From NCBI GenBank assembly GCA_950097015.1, contig CATNEN010000007.1, positions 2,418,001 through 2,482,000 on the forward strand: a stretch of 64,000 nt of DNA, read 5' to 3'. The notes under the pieces are model-generated. The model was not told the origin of the DNA and made no database searches. It saw only the letters and a list, made by a program, of their open reading frames with translations. Source of the DNA: Macrostomum hystrix. Taxonomy: Eukaryota > Animalia > Platyhelminthes. Positions 25,201 through 35,640 of this stretch are shown here, in pieces. Numbering within the stretch: the first letter of the stretch is position 1; each line of letters begins with the position of its first letter. A program made the position numbers and the translations under genes.

Positions 25201-25715
25201 TGGTCACAGTCTAATACAGGTGAATGGTGAGCTGGTCAGTCTAATACAGGTGAATGGTGAGCTGGTCAGTCTAATACAGGTGAATGGTGTGCTGGTCAGT
25301 CTAATACAGGTGAATGGTGTGCTGGTCAGTCTAATACAGGTGAATGGTGAGCTGGTCAGTCTAATACAGGTGAATGGTGTGCTGGTCACAGTCTAATACA
25401 GGTGAATGGTGAGCTGGTCACAGTCTAATACAGGTGAATGGTGTGCTGGTCAGTCTAATACAGGTGAATGGTGAGCTGGTCAGTCTAATACAGGTGAATG
25501 GTGAGCTGGTCAGTCTAATACAGGTGAATCGTGTTCTGGTCACAGTCTAATACAGGTGAATGGTGAGCTGGTCAGTCTAATACAGGTGAATGGTGTGCTG
25601 GTCAGTCTAATACAGGTGAATGGTGTGCTGGTCAGTCTAATACAGGTGAATCGTGTTCTGGTCACAGTCTAATACAGGTGAATGGTGAGCTGGTCACAGT
25701 CTAATGCAGGTGAAT
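16251..25715. repeat. 9.5-kb tandem satellite of 30/32-bp units, consensus TCTAATACAGGTGAATGGTGTGCTGGTCA(CA)G
   Basis: About 300 units with a few recurring variants and no unique spacers. Confidence 0.98.
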
Positions 25716-26288
25716 AAATAAAAAGTGACCAAATATCTGGTGACAATATAGGCTGGTGACTATCGTGGTAGCCTTAAAACGGTAGCTGCAAATAAACGCT
25801 TGAAAAGTCAAGAAAACTGCATTGATAAAAACGCGGACTTTCAGTCGTTGTTGAAATATCAACCTATTGTAATTCAACTAACAGACTTACGGTTTATTAA
25901 TCAATTAGTCAATCAATTGGTTTTTAACAAATCGACACATCACAATAGTTTATCTAATATTTCACTATTCATTGAAAGCACATCGAAAATTTGAGATTAA
26001 ACATTTTTATAAAGTAACCTAAAAGTGCAAACAAAAGTACTTATATAGATCTAGAGCTGTTAATTGATTAGAGATAATTAATTAACTTATAGCATTTAAA
26101 ATTTACATTAAAATTTCATATTAAACAAAAAAAAATTCTTCATTGTAATATTTAAACACCAGTTTCAAAATTGGGTTGGGAAATGCCCAAAAAACATTGG
26201 ATACCGTTTAAATAATAATATAGCAAATAAAATACAAATTATTAGGCTGAAATCAAAAAATATTTTACAGTAAAAAGACCATACTTTT

Positions 26289-26820
26289 TACCCCTGGAGT
26301 AATACAACGGGGATATTTTGAATACCCACTGCAGACTTCACGATCCCGCCTGGACTTTGGTCCGGTTCTTTCGTCCGCTCACTTATCCGATAGTTCGTCC
26401 GGTTGATAATGTATTTTTTCCATAAGGAAAAATCGGACGAAGCGGACGAAAAGTTCACCTCACGTGACGTTCGTCCGCTCGTTAGTCCGGTGTTTGATCC
26501 GTTTATCTGCCGATGCTTCGTCCGTTTCACTTTAGCACTGACTAAACAAATCGGACCAGCAGGCGGATTAAAAGCGGGTGAAATGCGGACCAAATCGCTT
26601 CATTTGGAGCTATCGATAGCTCCCAAACCGAATTACCGATTCTCGTGAAAGCCCACAATATACGCACGTAGATCTAAATTTTACGCCCTTCACAATGAAC
26701 TTTCAAAGCGTCGGACGACAGCATCGTCGAGATATTCAGCGATGGTTGTCGAAGACCCTGTTGACGAGGACAACTAACATTGCTCTGTATTTAAGCCTCT
26801 ATGGTGAATCCATGTTGGTT
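26289..26820. mobile_element. CCCCTGG-ended MITE-like element carrying a ~270-bp palindrome-rich insertion (about 26345-26616)
   Basis: The flanking parts align with 59205-59450 (aatacccactgc...cttcacga / agctcccaaacc...aactttcaaagc...gatattcagcgat...ggacaact.acattgctctg). Confidence 0.65.
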
Positions 26821-26904
26821 TGAAAGATAAACTAATTAGCAATATAATTAATACAATATAATCAATACAGTTTTAGTCCACTAAAATATCCGACATTATA
26901 ACAA

Positions 26905-27285
26905 CAATTGCAGGACGGCTGCGGGCAATGGCACATCATTTGGTGACATCGCACATTTGGCCGCAGCCAGCGAGGAGGCAATTCTGACTATTTCGCTGAC
27001 TACTGAGCACACACAAACATACACACACACACACACACACACAGATGCCGTACACAGGCACACGCTCATGCAGGTGTGAACATCTGCCCTGACTTTCTCA
27101 TTGCCAGGCAGTGTACACTCTCACTGTGCCTTGGAGGTTGGCCCTCAAGGGCGTAATTTGCACGACAAGCCAGCAAGCTTTTTCTCCGCGGCTGCGCCCC
27201 AAATGAATGTGGCCTCGCCGCGGAATCGAGCTCAGGGACCTTGGTGCGAGAGGCAAACGCGTTAACCGCTCTGCCACCGATACCT
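26905..27285 (-). mobile_element. tRNA-derived SINE family A
   Basis: Matches 4619-4910 and 12713-13065. Confidence 0.8.
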
Positions 27286-27753
27286 TAATATCCGACAACA
27301 AGAAGGCTAAGTAAAAGTTTAAAAGTCGTTTAAAATTTACGTAAAATAGCTAACAAATTCAAATACAACTAGGGCTGTTAGTGAACTGAAGATGATTGGC
27401 TAACTAAATGGATTAATAATTGACACATTTTCAATTTTTGGCTTGGACGTTGTCAAGTAATAACGAGAAAGACGAGGAGGAGTCTTTAAAATAATAAATA
27501 TCTTGCACAATATAATAAACTTACACAATTCATTAGGACCAAAAACTAGAATATGAAGTGTGTACAAACAGCAAAAAAGAAACAAAACAGAATCTCAATT
27601 ATTATCTACGAAAAATAATGAAAGAGTCAAGAATAGCCATATCTTTTCAGAAAAATAACTAGAAAAAATGCTTTTCATGAGCAACGCAGAGAATGAGTAA
27701 ACCTGACAAAAATAGATAAGAACTTTATGCGAATCGCTAGTGATAAAAAAAAT

Positions 27754-28759
27754 TCAATGGCGTCTCTGGCAGCAGTTAGTTGGGCCCGGCTGCTTCAATT
27801 GGTTAGCAAATCTCGTTCTATAAGAACGGCGAGCAGCATTATGATTGGCTGCCTTCGACAGGGGCGCAGACGTGCGCCTAAGCAACCAATTTGGCACAGC
27901 TCCAGGCAGCTGATTGGCTCCAGGCGGCTGAATGGCTCCAGGCGGCTGAATGGCCCCAGGCGGCTGAATGGCCCCAGGCGGCTGAATGGCTCCAGGCGGC
28001 TGAATGGCTCCAGGCAGCTGAATGGCCCCAGGCGGCTGAATGGCCCCAGGCAGCTGAATGGCTCCAGGCAGCTGAATGGCCCCAGGCGGCTGAATGGCCC
28101 CAGGCAGCTGAATGGCTCCAGGCAGCTGAATGGCTCCAGGCAGCTGAATGGCTCCAGGCGGCTGATTGGCTCCAGGCAGCTGATTAGCTCCAGGCAGCTG
28201 AATGGCTCCAGGCAGCTGAATGGCTCCAGGCGGCTGATTGGCTCCAGGCAGCTGATTAGCTCCAGGCAGCTGAATGGCCCCAGGCAGCTGAATGGCCCCA
28301 GGCGGCTGAATGGCTCCAGGCGGCTGAATGGCTCCAGGCGGCTGAATGGCTCCAGGCGGCTGATTAGCTCCAGGCAGCTGAATGGCTCCAGGCGGCTGAA
28401 TGGCTCCAGGCGGCTGAATGGCTCCAGGCAGCTGAATGGCTCCAGGCGGCTGAATGGCTCCAGGCGGCTGAATGGCTCCAGGCGGCTGAATGGCTCCAGG
28501 CAGCTCTATGGCCACGGGCAGCTGCAGTAGAGCTTCAACGGGCTGCAGTATCTCAAACGTAGAGAGCTCGGCTGGTGAAGCATCGTCAGGCTGGAACGCC
28601 CGCGATAGAATCGGATCAGCAAAGTCTGCTGCCTCCACTGGCAGGTGAAGGAGCAGATTATCGATCAATCCTAGTGCAGCCTCAAGCGGCAAGATGGGTT
28701 GTCCAGCGAGTTCCAGTAGAATCGGCTGACCAAGTGGACTTGGCTGCTGCTGATGATAA
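27754..28759 (-). CDS. Possible exon or ORF of a Pro-rich protein with (L/P)PGAIQ hexapeptide repeats
   Basis: Stop-free for over 330 codons. The 18-bp repeat has no frameshifting indels, two of its four variant types are synonymous in this frame, and the unique flanks are GC-rich. No recognisable domain. Confidence 0.4.
27895..28505. repeat. 18-bp minisatellite GGCTCCAGGCGGCTGAAT
   Basis: About 33 tandem units. Confidence 0.95.
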
Positions 28760-28924
28760 CTGTTTCAAGCCATTGACTTAAGCAGCTAGCGAGCCATAAA
28801 TAGTGTTCTACAAGCATGCAATGTTAGTCCAGTTTGTATTATTTGTAAAAAATTTACTCATGGCTTTAAATTTTGCTAATATGTTAATAACTTTATACAT
28901 AAAATCTTGTGGGAGGTAGATGTG

Positions 28925-29325
28925 GCGACAGCCCAAACCGAAACACACCTGTGTGGGGTTTATGCTGTGACAGCCCACACCGAAACACACCTGTGTGGGG
29001 TTGATGCTGTGACAGCCCATACAGAAACACACCTATGTGGGTTTTGATGCTGTGACAGCCCATACAGAAACACACCTGTGTGGGGTTGATGTAGTGACAG
29101 CCCACACTGAAACACACCTGTGTGGGGTTGATGCTGTGACAGCCCAAACCGAAACACACCTGTGTGGGGTTTATGCTGTGACAGCCCACACCGAAACACA
29201 CCTGTGTGGGGTTGATGCTGTGACAGCCCACACCGAAACACACCTATGTGGGTTTTGATGCTGTGACAGCCCATACAGAAACACACCTGTGTGGGGTTGA
29301 TGTAGTGACATCCCACACCAAAATA
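28925..29325. repeat. 42-bp minisatellite GCTGTGACAGCCCACACCGAAACACACCTGTGTGGGGTTGAT
   Basis: About 9-10 units, each with an internal CCCACAC/GTGTGGG inverted pair. Confidence 0.93.
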
Positions 29326-29629
29326 CACGGCGAAATATAGAATTTATATCCTAACACAATGTAATGTATATAATCCTATACAGTGCAATATATTCAGATG
29401 TTTTTATGAATGAAAACGGAACACATACGCTTGAACAATGGATATGTTGAAAATTAAGCTACGCAAATTAAGGCTAAGCATTTATTCCGTTTTATTTTTG
29501 ATTATAACAAGAAACGAGTTGAAAAGCAGTCATAAATCATCGTTCGTAATCAGCTCTGTGCAAAACGAACATGGCGCATAATTTGATGAATTCACCGTTT
29601 AAAAAAGTCAGTCCTGAGGCCTTTACCCT

Positions 29630-30680
29630 CAGGTGCAACATTCCAAAAATACAATCTTCAGGTGAGAGATTCCAAAAATACAATCTCCAGGTGGGACATT
29701 CCAATAATACAATCTTCAGGTGAGACATTCCAATAATACAATCTTCAGGTGAGACATTCCAATAATACAATCTTCAGGTGGGACATTCGAAAAATACAAT
29801 CTTCAGGTGAGACATTCCAATAATACAATCTTTAGGTGGGACATTCCAAAAATACAATCTCCAGGTGGGACATTTCAATAATACAATCTTCAGGTGAGAC
29901 ATTCCAATAATACAATCTTCAGGTGGGACATTCGAAAAATACAATCTTCAGGTGAGACATTCCAATAATACAATCTTCAGGTGGGACATTCCAAAAATAC
30001 AATCTTCAGGTGAGACATTCCAATAATACAATCTTCAGGTGGGACATTCCAAAAATACAATCTTCAGGTGGGACATTCCAATAATACAATCTTCAGGTGG
30101 GACATTCCAATAATACAATCTTCAGGTGGGACATTCCAATAATACAATCTTCAGGTGCGACATTCCAAAAATACAATCTTCAGGTGGGACATTCCAAAAA
30201 TACAATCTTCAGGTGGGACATTCCAAAAATACAATCTTCAGGTGAGACATTCGAAAAATACAATCTTCAGGTGGGACATTCCAATAATACAATCTTCAGG
30301 TGGGACATTCCAATAATACAATCTTCAGGTGGGACATTCCAATAATACAATCTTCAGGTGCGACATTCCAAAAATACAATCTTCAGGTGGGACATTCCAA
30401 AAATACAATCTTCAGGTGGGACATTCGAAAAATACAATCTTCAGGTGAGACATTCGAAAAATACAATCTTCAGGTGGGACATTCCAAAAATACAATCTTC
30501 AGGTGGGACATTCCAAAAATACAATCTTCAGGTGAGACATTCGAAAAATACAATCTTCAGGTGGGACATTCCAATAATACAATCTTCAGGTGGGACATTC
30601 CAATAATACAATCTTCAGGTGGGACATTCGAAAAATACAATCTTCAGGTGGGACATTCCAAAATAAACAATCTTCATCAG
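29630..30680. repeat. 29-bp minisatellite CAGGTGGGACATTCCAAAAATACAATCTT
   Basis: About 36 tandem units. Confidence 0.96.
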
Positions 30681-31189
30681 GTGTAACATTCCAAAAATAC
30701 TGTCTTCATTAAGAGTGGGGCATTTTAACAAAACTATAGCTTCTTGTAGAATAAAAAACACAGATATAATATAAAGAACTAATTTATGTTCTGTAAAAAG
30801 GCACAATCCGCACACAGGAAAAAACTTTTATTAATGAAAAAACTAGGAATGTCATTGGAGCTTCTCATGGATGACTCTGAACATAAATTTTTTATTTTTG
30901 ATAAGCAAACAGCAATCGTGCATTAGCTTAGAAAAAAACTGCACCTCAATTTTGGGATACCGGAAGTCGTTAGCAAAAAGGCAAAATACAAGGTTGTGTA
31001 GTGTAGTGTACACCAACAGAAAAACTGATGCTCCTACAGCAGTACACACACAAAACTTTAATTTAAAAAGTCGATAGTAAAATAACAAGCCAAAGAAGCA
31101 TTAAAATAGTTAGTTTAAAATCACTAGAATTGCTACCACCAGTAAATGTGTGGTTTCGAAGACTAGAAACTGTGCAGGAATGACTCTGA

Positions 31190-32239
31190 TCAGCCTTGTA
31201 GCCCAGGCCGTTGCAGAACACGCCGAAACTGCCTACCGTGACCAGCGGGTTTGAAACTAGGCCGCCAAATTCGCTTAGGCAAGGCGGCTTTGTGGCCTCC
31301 GTTTGGTAGTGGATTGAAGGCAGCAGAATGACAGCGAATCACATGCTGCCAGAGCCAATCGGATGCGTCCTCATTGGCCGGCTGAATTAGCTGATGATTA
31401 CCACCAATGCCGTGACGCCGCATCTCTTCAGACTGCTGTAGGCTAGATACGGCGCAGCCTGTGGAAATGCTGCCAGACTCCTGTGTGCATACAGTGTAGG
31501 CGCTGTCGCTTGGCACAGCTTCGGCCAGCTCCAAAGCCTCATGTACGGCGAATTCAGGTGATCGCATAATCTCAGGCTCGGGTGGTGGCACAGCTGCAGG
31601 CTCGGGTGGTGGCACAGCTGCAGGCCCGGGTGGTGGCACAGCTGCAGGCCCGGGTGGTGGCACAGCTGCAGGCCCGGGTGGTGGCACAGCTGCAGGCCCG
31701 GGTGGTGGCACAGCTGCAGGCTCGGGTGGTGGCACAGCTGCAGGCTCGGGTGGTGGCACAGCTGCAGGCTCGGGTGGTGGCACAGCTGCAGGCCCGGGTG
31801 GTGGCACAGCTGCAGGCTCGGGTGGTGGCACAGCTGCAGGCCCGGGTGGTGGCACAGCTGCAGGCTCGGGTGGTGGCACAGCTGCAGGCTCGGGTGGTGG
31901 CACAGCTGCAGGCCCGGGTGGTGGCACAGCTGCAGGCTCGGGTGGTGGCACAGCTGCAGGCTCGGGTGGTGGCACAGCTGCAGGCCCGGGTGGTGGCACA
32001 GCTGCAGGCTCGGGTGGTGGCACAGCTGCAGGCTCGGGTGGTGGCACAGCTGCAGGCCCGGGTGGCTCCAGGATCACAGGTGAATTTGTAACAAAAGGCG
32101 AATCACAGACTTCACAAGACTGTTGACAAATAATTTCAATAATTGGGCTGAATGTAACGATAGCGCTAAAATCATGATCATGCAGTTCCAGTAGAACTGG
32201 CAGATCATACTCATGAGGCTGTGTGAGGTTTTGACCCAT
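31190..32239 (-). CDS. Possible Pro-rich protein (349 aa) with (E/G)PAAVPPP octapeptide repeats
   Basis: ATG preceded by aaatttcag|gc. About 60 aa of unique N-terminus, about 20 in-frame 24-bp repeats and about 125 aa of unique C-terminus, all stop-free. No recognisable domain. Confidence 0.45.
   Translation of the reverse strand: MGQNLTQPHEYDLPVLLELHDHDFSAIVTFSPIIEIICQQSCEVCDSPFVTNSPVILEPPGPAAVPPPEPAAVPPPEPAAVPPPGPAAVPPPEPAAVPPPEPAAVPPPGPAAVPPPEPAAVPPPEPAAVPPPGPAAVPPPEPAAVPPPGPAAVPPPEPAAVPPPEPAAVPPPEPAAVPPPGPAAVPPPGPAAVPPPGPAAVPPPGPAAVPPPEPAAVPPPEPEIMRSPEFAVHEALELAEAVPSDSAYTVCTQESGSISTGCAVSSLQQSEEMRRHGIGGNHQLIQPANEDASDWLWQHVIRCHSAAFNPLPNGGHKAALPKRIWRPSFKPAGHGRQFRRVLQRPGLQG
31577..32062. repeat. 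24-bp minisatellite GGTGGTGGCACAGCTGCAGGCYCG
   Basis: About 20 near-perfect units with a single C/T variant. Confidence 0.96.
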
Positions 32240-32402
32240 GCCTGAAATTTTTAATGACCTGATGTACTCGAAAATACAATAAAAATGAAGTCATTTAGAT
32301 ATTGTAAACTAGCAAGTTTTGCCCCCCTTCGGGGAGCAGAAATACTTTTAATTCGTCTATAATATACTTTTTAGCAGCTGAATTTACAGCTTTTTAATTC
32401 TA

Positions 32403-34005
32403 CATTGATCCCCCAGTTGACAATGATCCCCCAGTTGACAATGATCCCCCAGTTGACAACGATCACCCAGTTGACAATGATCCCCCATTTGACAATGATC
32501 CCCCAGTTGACAATGATCCCACAGTTGACAATGATCCCCCAGTTCACAATGATCACCCAGTTGATGATGATCCCCCAGTTGATGATGATCCCCCAGTTGA
32601 AAATGATCCCCCAGTTGACAATGATCCCCCAGTTGACAATGATCCCCCAGTTGACAATGATCCCCCAGTTAACAAAGATCCCCCAGTTGACAATGATCCC
32701 CCAGTTGACAATGATCCCCCAGTTGACAATGATCCCCCAGTTGATGATGATCCCCCAATTGAAAATGATCCCCCAGTTGACAATGATCCCCCAGTTGAGA
32801 ATGATCCCCCAGTTGACAATGATCCCCCAGTTGATGAAGTCTCCCCATTGATGATGATCCCTAGTTAACAATGTTCCTCCAGTTGACAATGTTCCCCCAG
32901 TTGACAATGATCCCCCAGTTGACAATGATCCCCCAGTTGACAATGATCCCGCCGGTTGACAATGATCCCACAGTTGACAACGATCCCCCAGTTGACAATG
33001 ATCCCCCAGTTGACAATGATCCCACAGTGGACAATGATCCCCCAGTTGACAAAGATCCCCCAGTTCCCAATGATCACCCAGTTGATGATGATCCCCCAGT
33101 TGATGATGATCCCCCAGTTGAAAATGATCTCCCAGTTGACAATGATCCCCCAGTTGACAAAGATCCCCCAGTTCACAATTATCACCCAGTTGATGATGAT
33201 CCCCCAGTTGACAATGATCCCCCAGTTGACAATGATCCCCCAGTTGACAATGATCCCCCAGTTAACAAAGATCCCCCAGTTCACAATGATCCCCCAGTTG
33301 ATGAAGTCTCCCCATTGATGATGATCCCCAGTTAACAATGTTCCTCCAGTTGACAATGTTCCCCCAGTTGACAACGATCCCCCAGTTGATGATGATCACC
33401 CAGTTGACAATGATCCCCCAGTTGACAATGATCCCCCAGTTGACAATGATCCCCCAGTTGACAATGATCCCCCATTTGACAATGATCACCCAGTTGACAA
33501 TGATCCCCCAGTTGACAATGATCCCCCAGTTGACAATGATCCCCCAGTTGACAATGATCCCGCCGGTTGACAATGATCCCACAGTTGACAATGAACCCCC
33601 AGTTGACAATGATCCCCCAGTTGATGATGATCCCCCAGTTGACAATGATCCCCCAGTTGACAATGATCCCCCAGTTGACAATGAACCCCCAGTTGACAAC
33701 GATCCCCCAGTTGACAATGATCCCCCAGTTGACAATGATCCCACAGTATACAATGATCCCCCAGTTGACAAAGATCCCCCAGTTCACAATGATCCCCCAT
33801 TTGACAATGATCCCCCAGTTGACAATGATCCCCCAGTTGACAATGATCCCCCAGTTGACAATGATCCCCCAGTTGACAATGATCCCCCAGTTGACAATGA
33901 TCCCCCAGTTGACAATGATCCCCCAGTCGACAATTATCCCCCAGTTTACCATGATCCCCCAGTTCACCATGATCCCCATTTTGATGATGACTCCCCAGTT
34001 GACGT
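32403..34005. repeat. 18-bp minisatellite AGTTGACAATGATCCCCC with a ~467-bp higher-order duplication
   Basis: The landmark gatgaagtctccccattgatgatgatccc...aatgttcctcc occurs near 32833 and again near 33300. Confidence 0.95.
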
Positions 34006-34014
34006 TGATTTTTC

Positions 34015-35030
34015 AAACGCTGGGTTAGCCAAGATTCAAACTCAGGTTTCGCCATGTTTTAAACCCTGGTGGGCTATGATTCAAACTCTCGTTTTGCCAT
34101 GATTCAAACTCTGGTTTAGCCAAGATTCAAACTCTGGTTGGCTATGATTCAAACTCTGGTTTAGCCATGATTCAAACGCTGGGTTAGCCATGATTGAAAC
34201 TCGGTTTTTGCCATGATTCAAACTCTGGTTTAGCCAAGATTCAAACTCTGGTTGGCTATGATTCAAACTCTGGTTTAGCCATGATTCAGACTCTGGTTTA
34301 GCCATGATTCAGACTCTGGTTTAGCCATGATTCAAACTCTGGTGTAGCCATTATTCAAACTCTGGTTTAGCCATGATTCAAACTCTAGTTTAGCCATGCT
34401 GATGATGATGGTTTAGCCATGATTCAAACTCTGGTTTAGCCATGATTTAGTCTCTGGTTTAGCCATGATTCAAACTCTAGTTTAGCCATGCTGATGATGA
34501 TGGTTTAGCCATGATTCAAACGCTGGTTCAGCCATGATTTAGTCTCTGGTTTAGCCATGATTCAAACTCTGGTTTAGCCATGATTCAGACGCTGGTTTAG
34601 CCATGATTCAAACTCTGGTTTAGCCATGATTCAGACGCTGGTTTAGCCATGATTGAAACTCTGGTTTAGCCATGATTCAGACTCTGGTTTAGCCATGATT
34701 CAGACGCTGGTTTAGCCATGATTCGGACGCTGGTTTAGCCATGATTGAAACTCTGGTTTTGCCATGATTCAGACTCTGGTTTAGCCATGATTCACACTCT
34801 GGTTTAGCCATGGTTCAAACTCTGGTTTAGCCATGATTCAGACTCTAGTTTAGCCATGATTCAGACTCTGGTTTAGCCATGATTCAGACTCTAGTTTAGC
34901 CATGATTCAGACTCTGGTTTAGCCATGATTCAGACTCTATTTTAGCCATGATTCAGACTCTAGTTTAGCCACGATTCAGACTCTAGTTTAGCCATGATTC
35001 AAACTCTATTTTTGCAATGATTCAAACTCA
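34015..35030. repeat. 23-bp minisatellite ATGATTCAAACTCTGGTTTAGCC
   Basis: About 43 tandem units directly abutting the 18-bp array. Confidence 0.95.
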
Positions 35031-35479
35031 GGTGTGCTATGATTTATGATATTTTATTTACGAAATGAAAAAAATAAATTAAAATAGTCTTCAATCACTA
35101 CTGGCTGAAAATTAGTCTAAAATGATTTGACGCAGTGCAGAATCGAACCCTAGCCTAGCCTATAACCTATTCCTAGTGCCTACACATCGGCTATTCCGAC
35201 TGTTGGTTAGTGGGTGCAAAAATCAGCCTTATAAAATGAATTCTCAAAGTTCTGGCTTTGTACAATGAAGTGAGAAAATAGAGTACACTCAGTCTCGCGG
35301 TTGGTTGTGTACATTTATTTCCAATTTGTCTAATTCAATTATAATTCAATTCTATGCAATTCTATGCAACGATGCAATTCTAATTCAGTGGCAGTGAGTG
35401 AAATTCTCAATAGTCTAAGATGGTTTGACCTTTGAAAAAATCATGTTTTTCGAATATTTAATCCTCTTAGCAATAAAGT

Positions 35480-35640
35480 TCAGCTTAATAAAAATACGTG
35501 TAAAATTGTCCCCATATTTGGCATCTTTTGGTGATGGTGAAGAAATGGTGAAAATCGGTTGAGCCGTTCGGGAGAAAATCAATTACAAGCAAGCAACCAA
35601 CCAACCAACCAACCATTTCATTTTTAGTATAGTGGATGGC
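35480..35640 (+). mobile_element. Possible non-autonomous Helitron-like fragment
   Basis: aaaatcggttgagccgtt...(CAAC)n...tttttagtatag resembles, from recall, the layout of short invertebrate Helitron derivatives. Only one copy is present here. Confidence 0.3.

Noticed and set aside
16251-25715. CRISPR-like array of ~30-bp repeats
   Set aside because: Units abut with no unique spacers, there are no cas genes, and the context is eukaryotic. It is a satellite.
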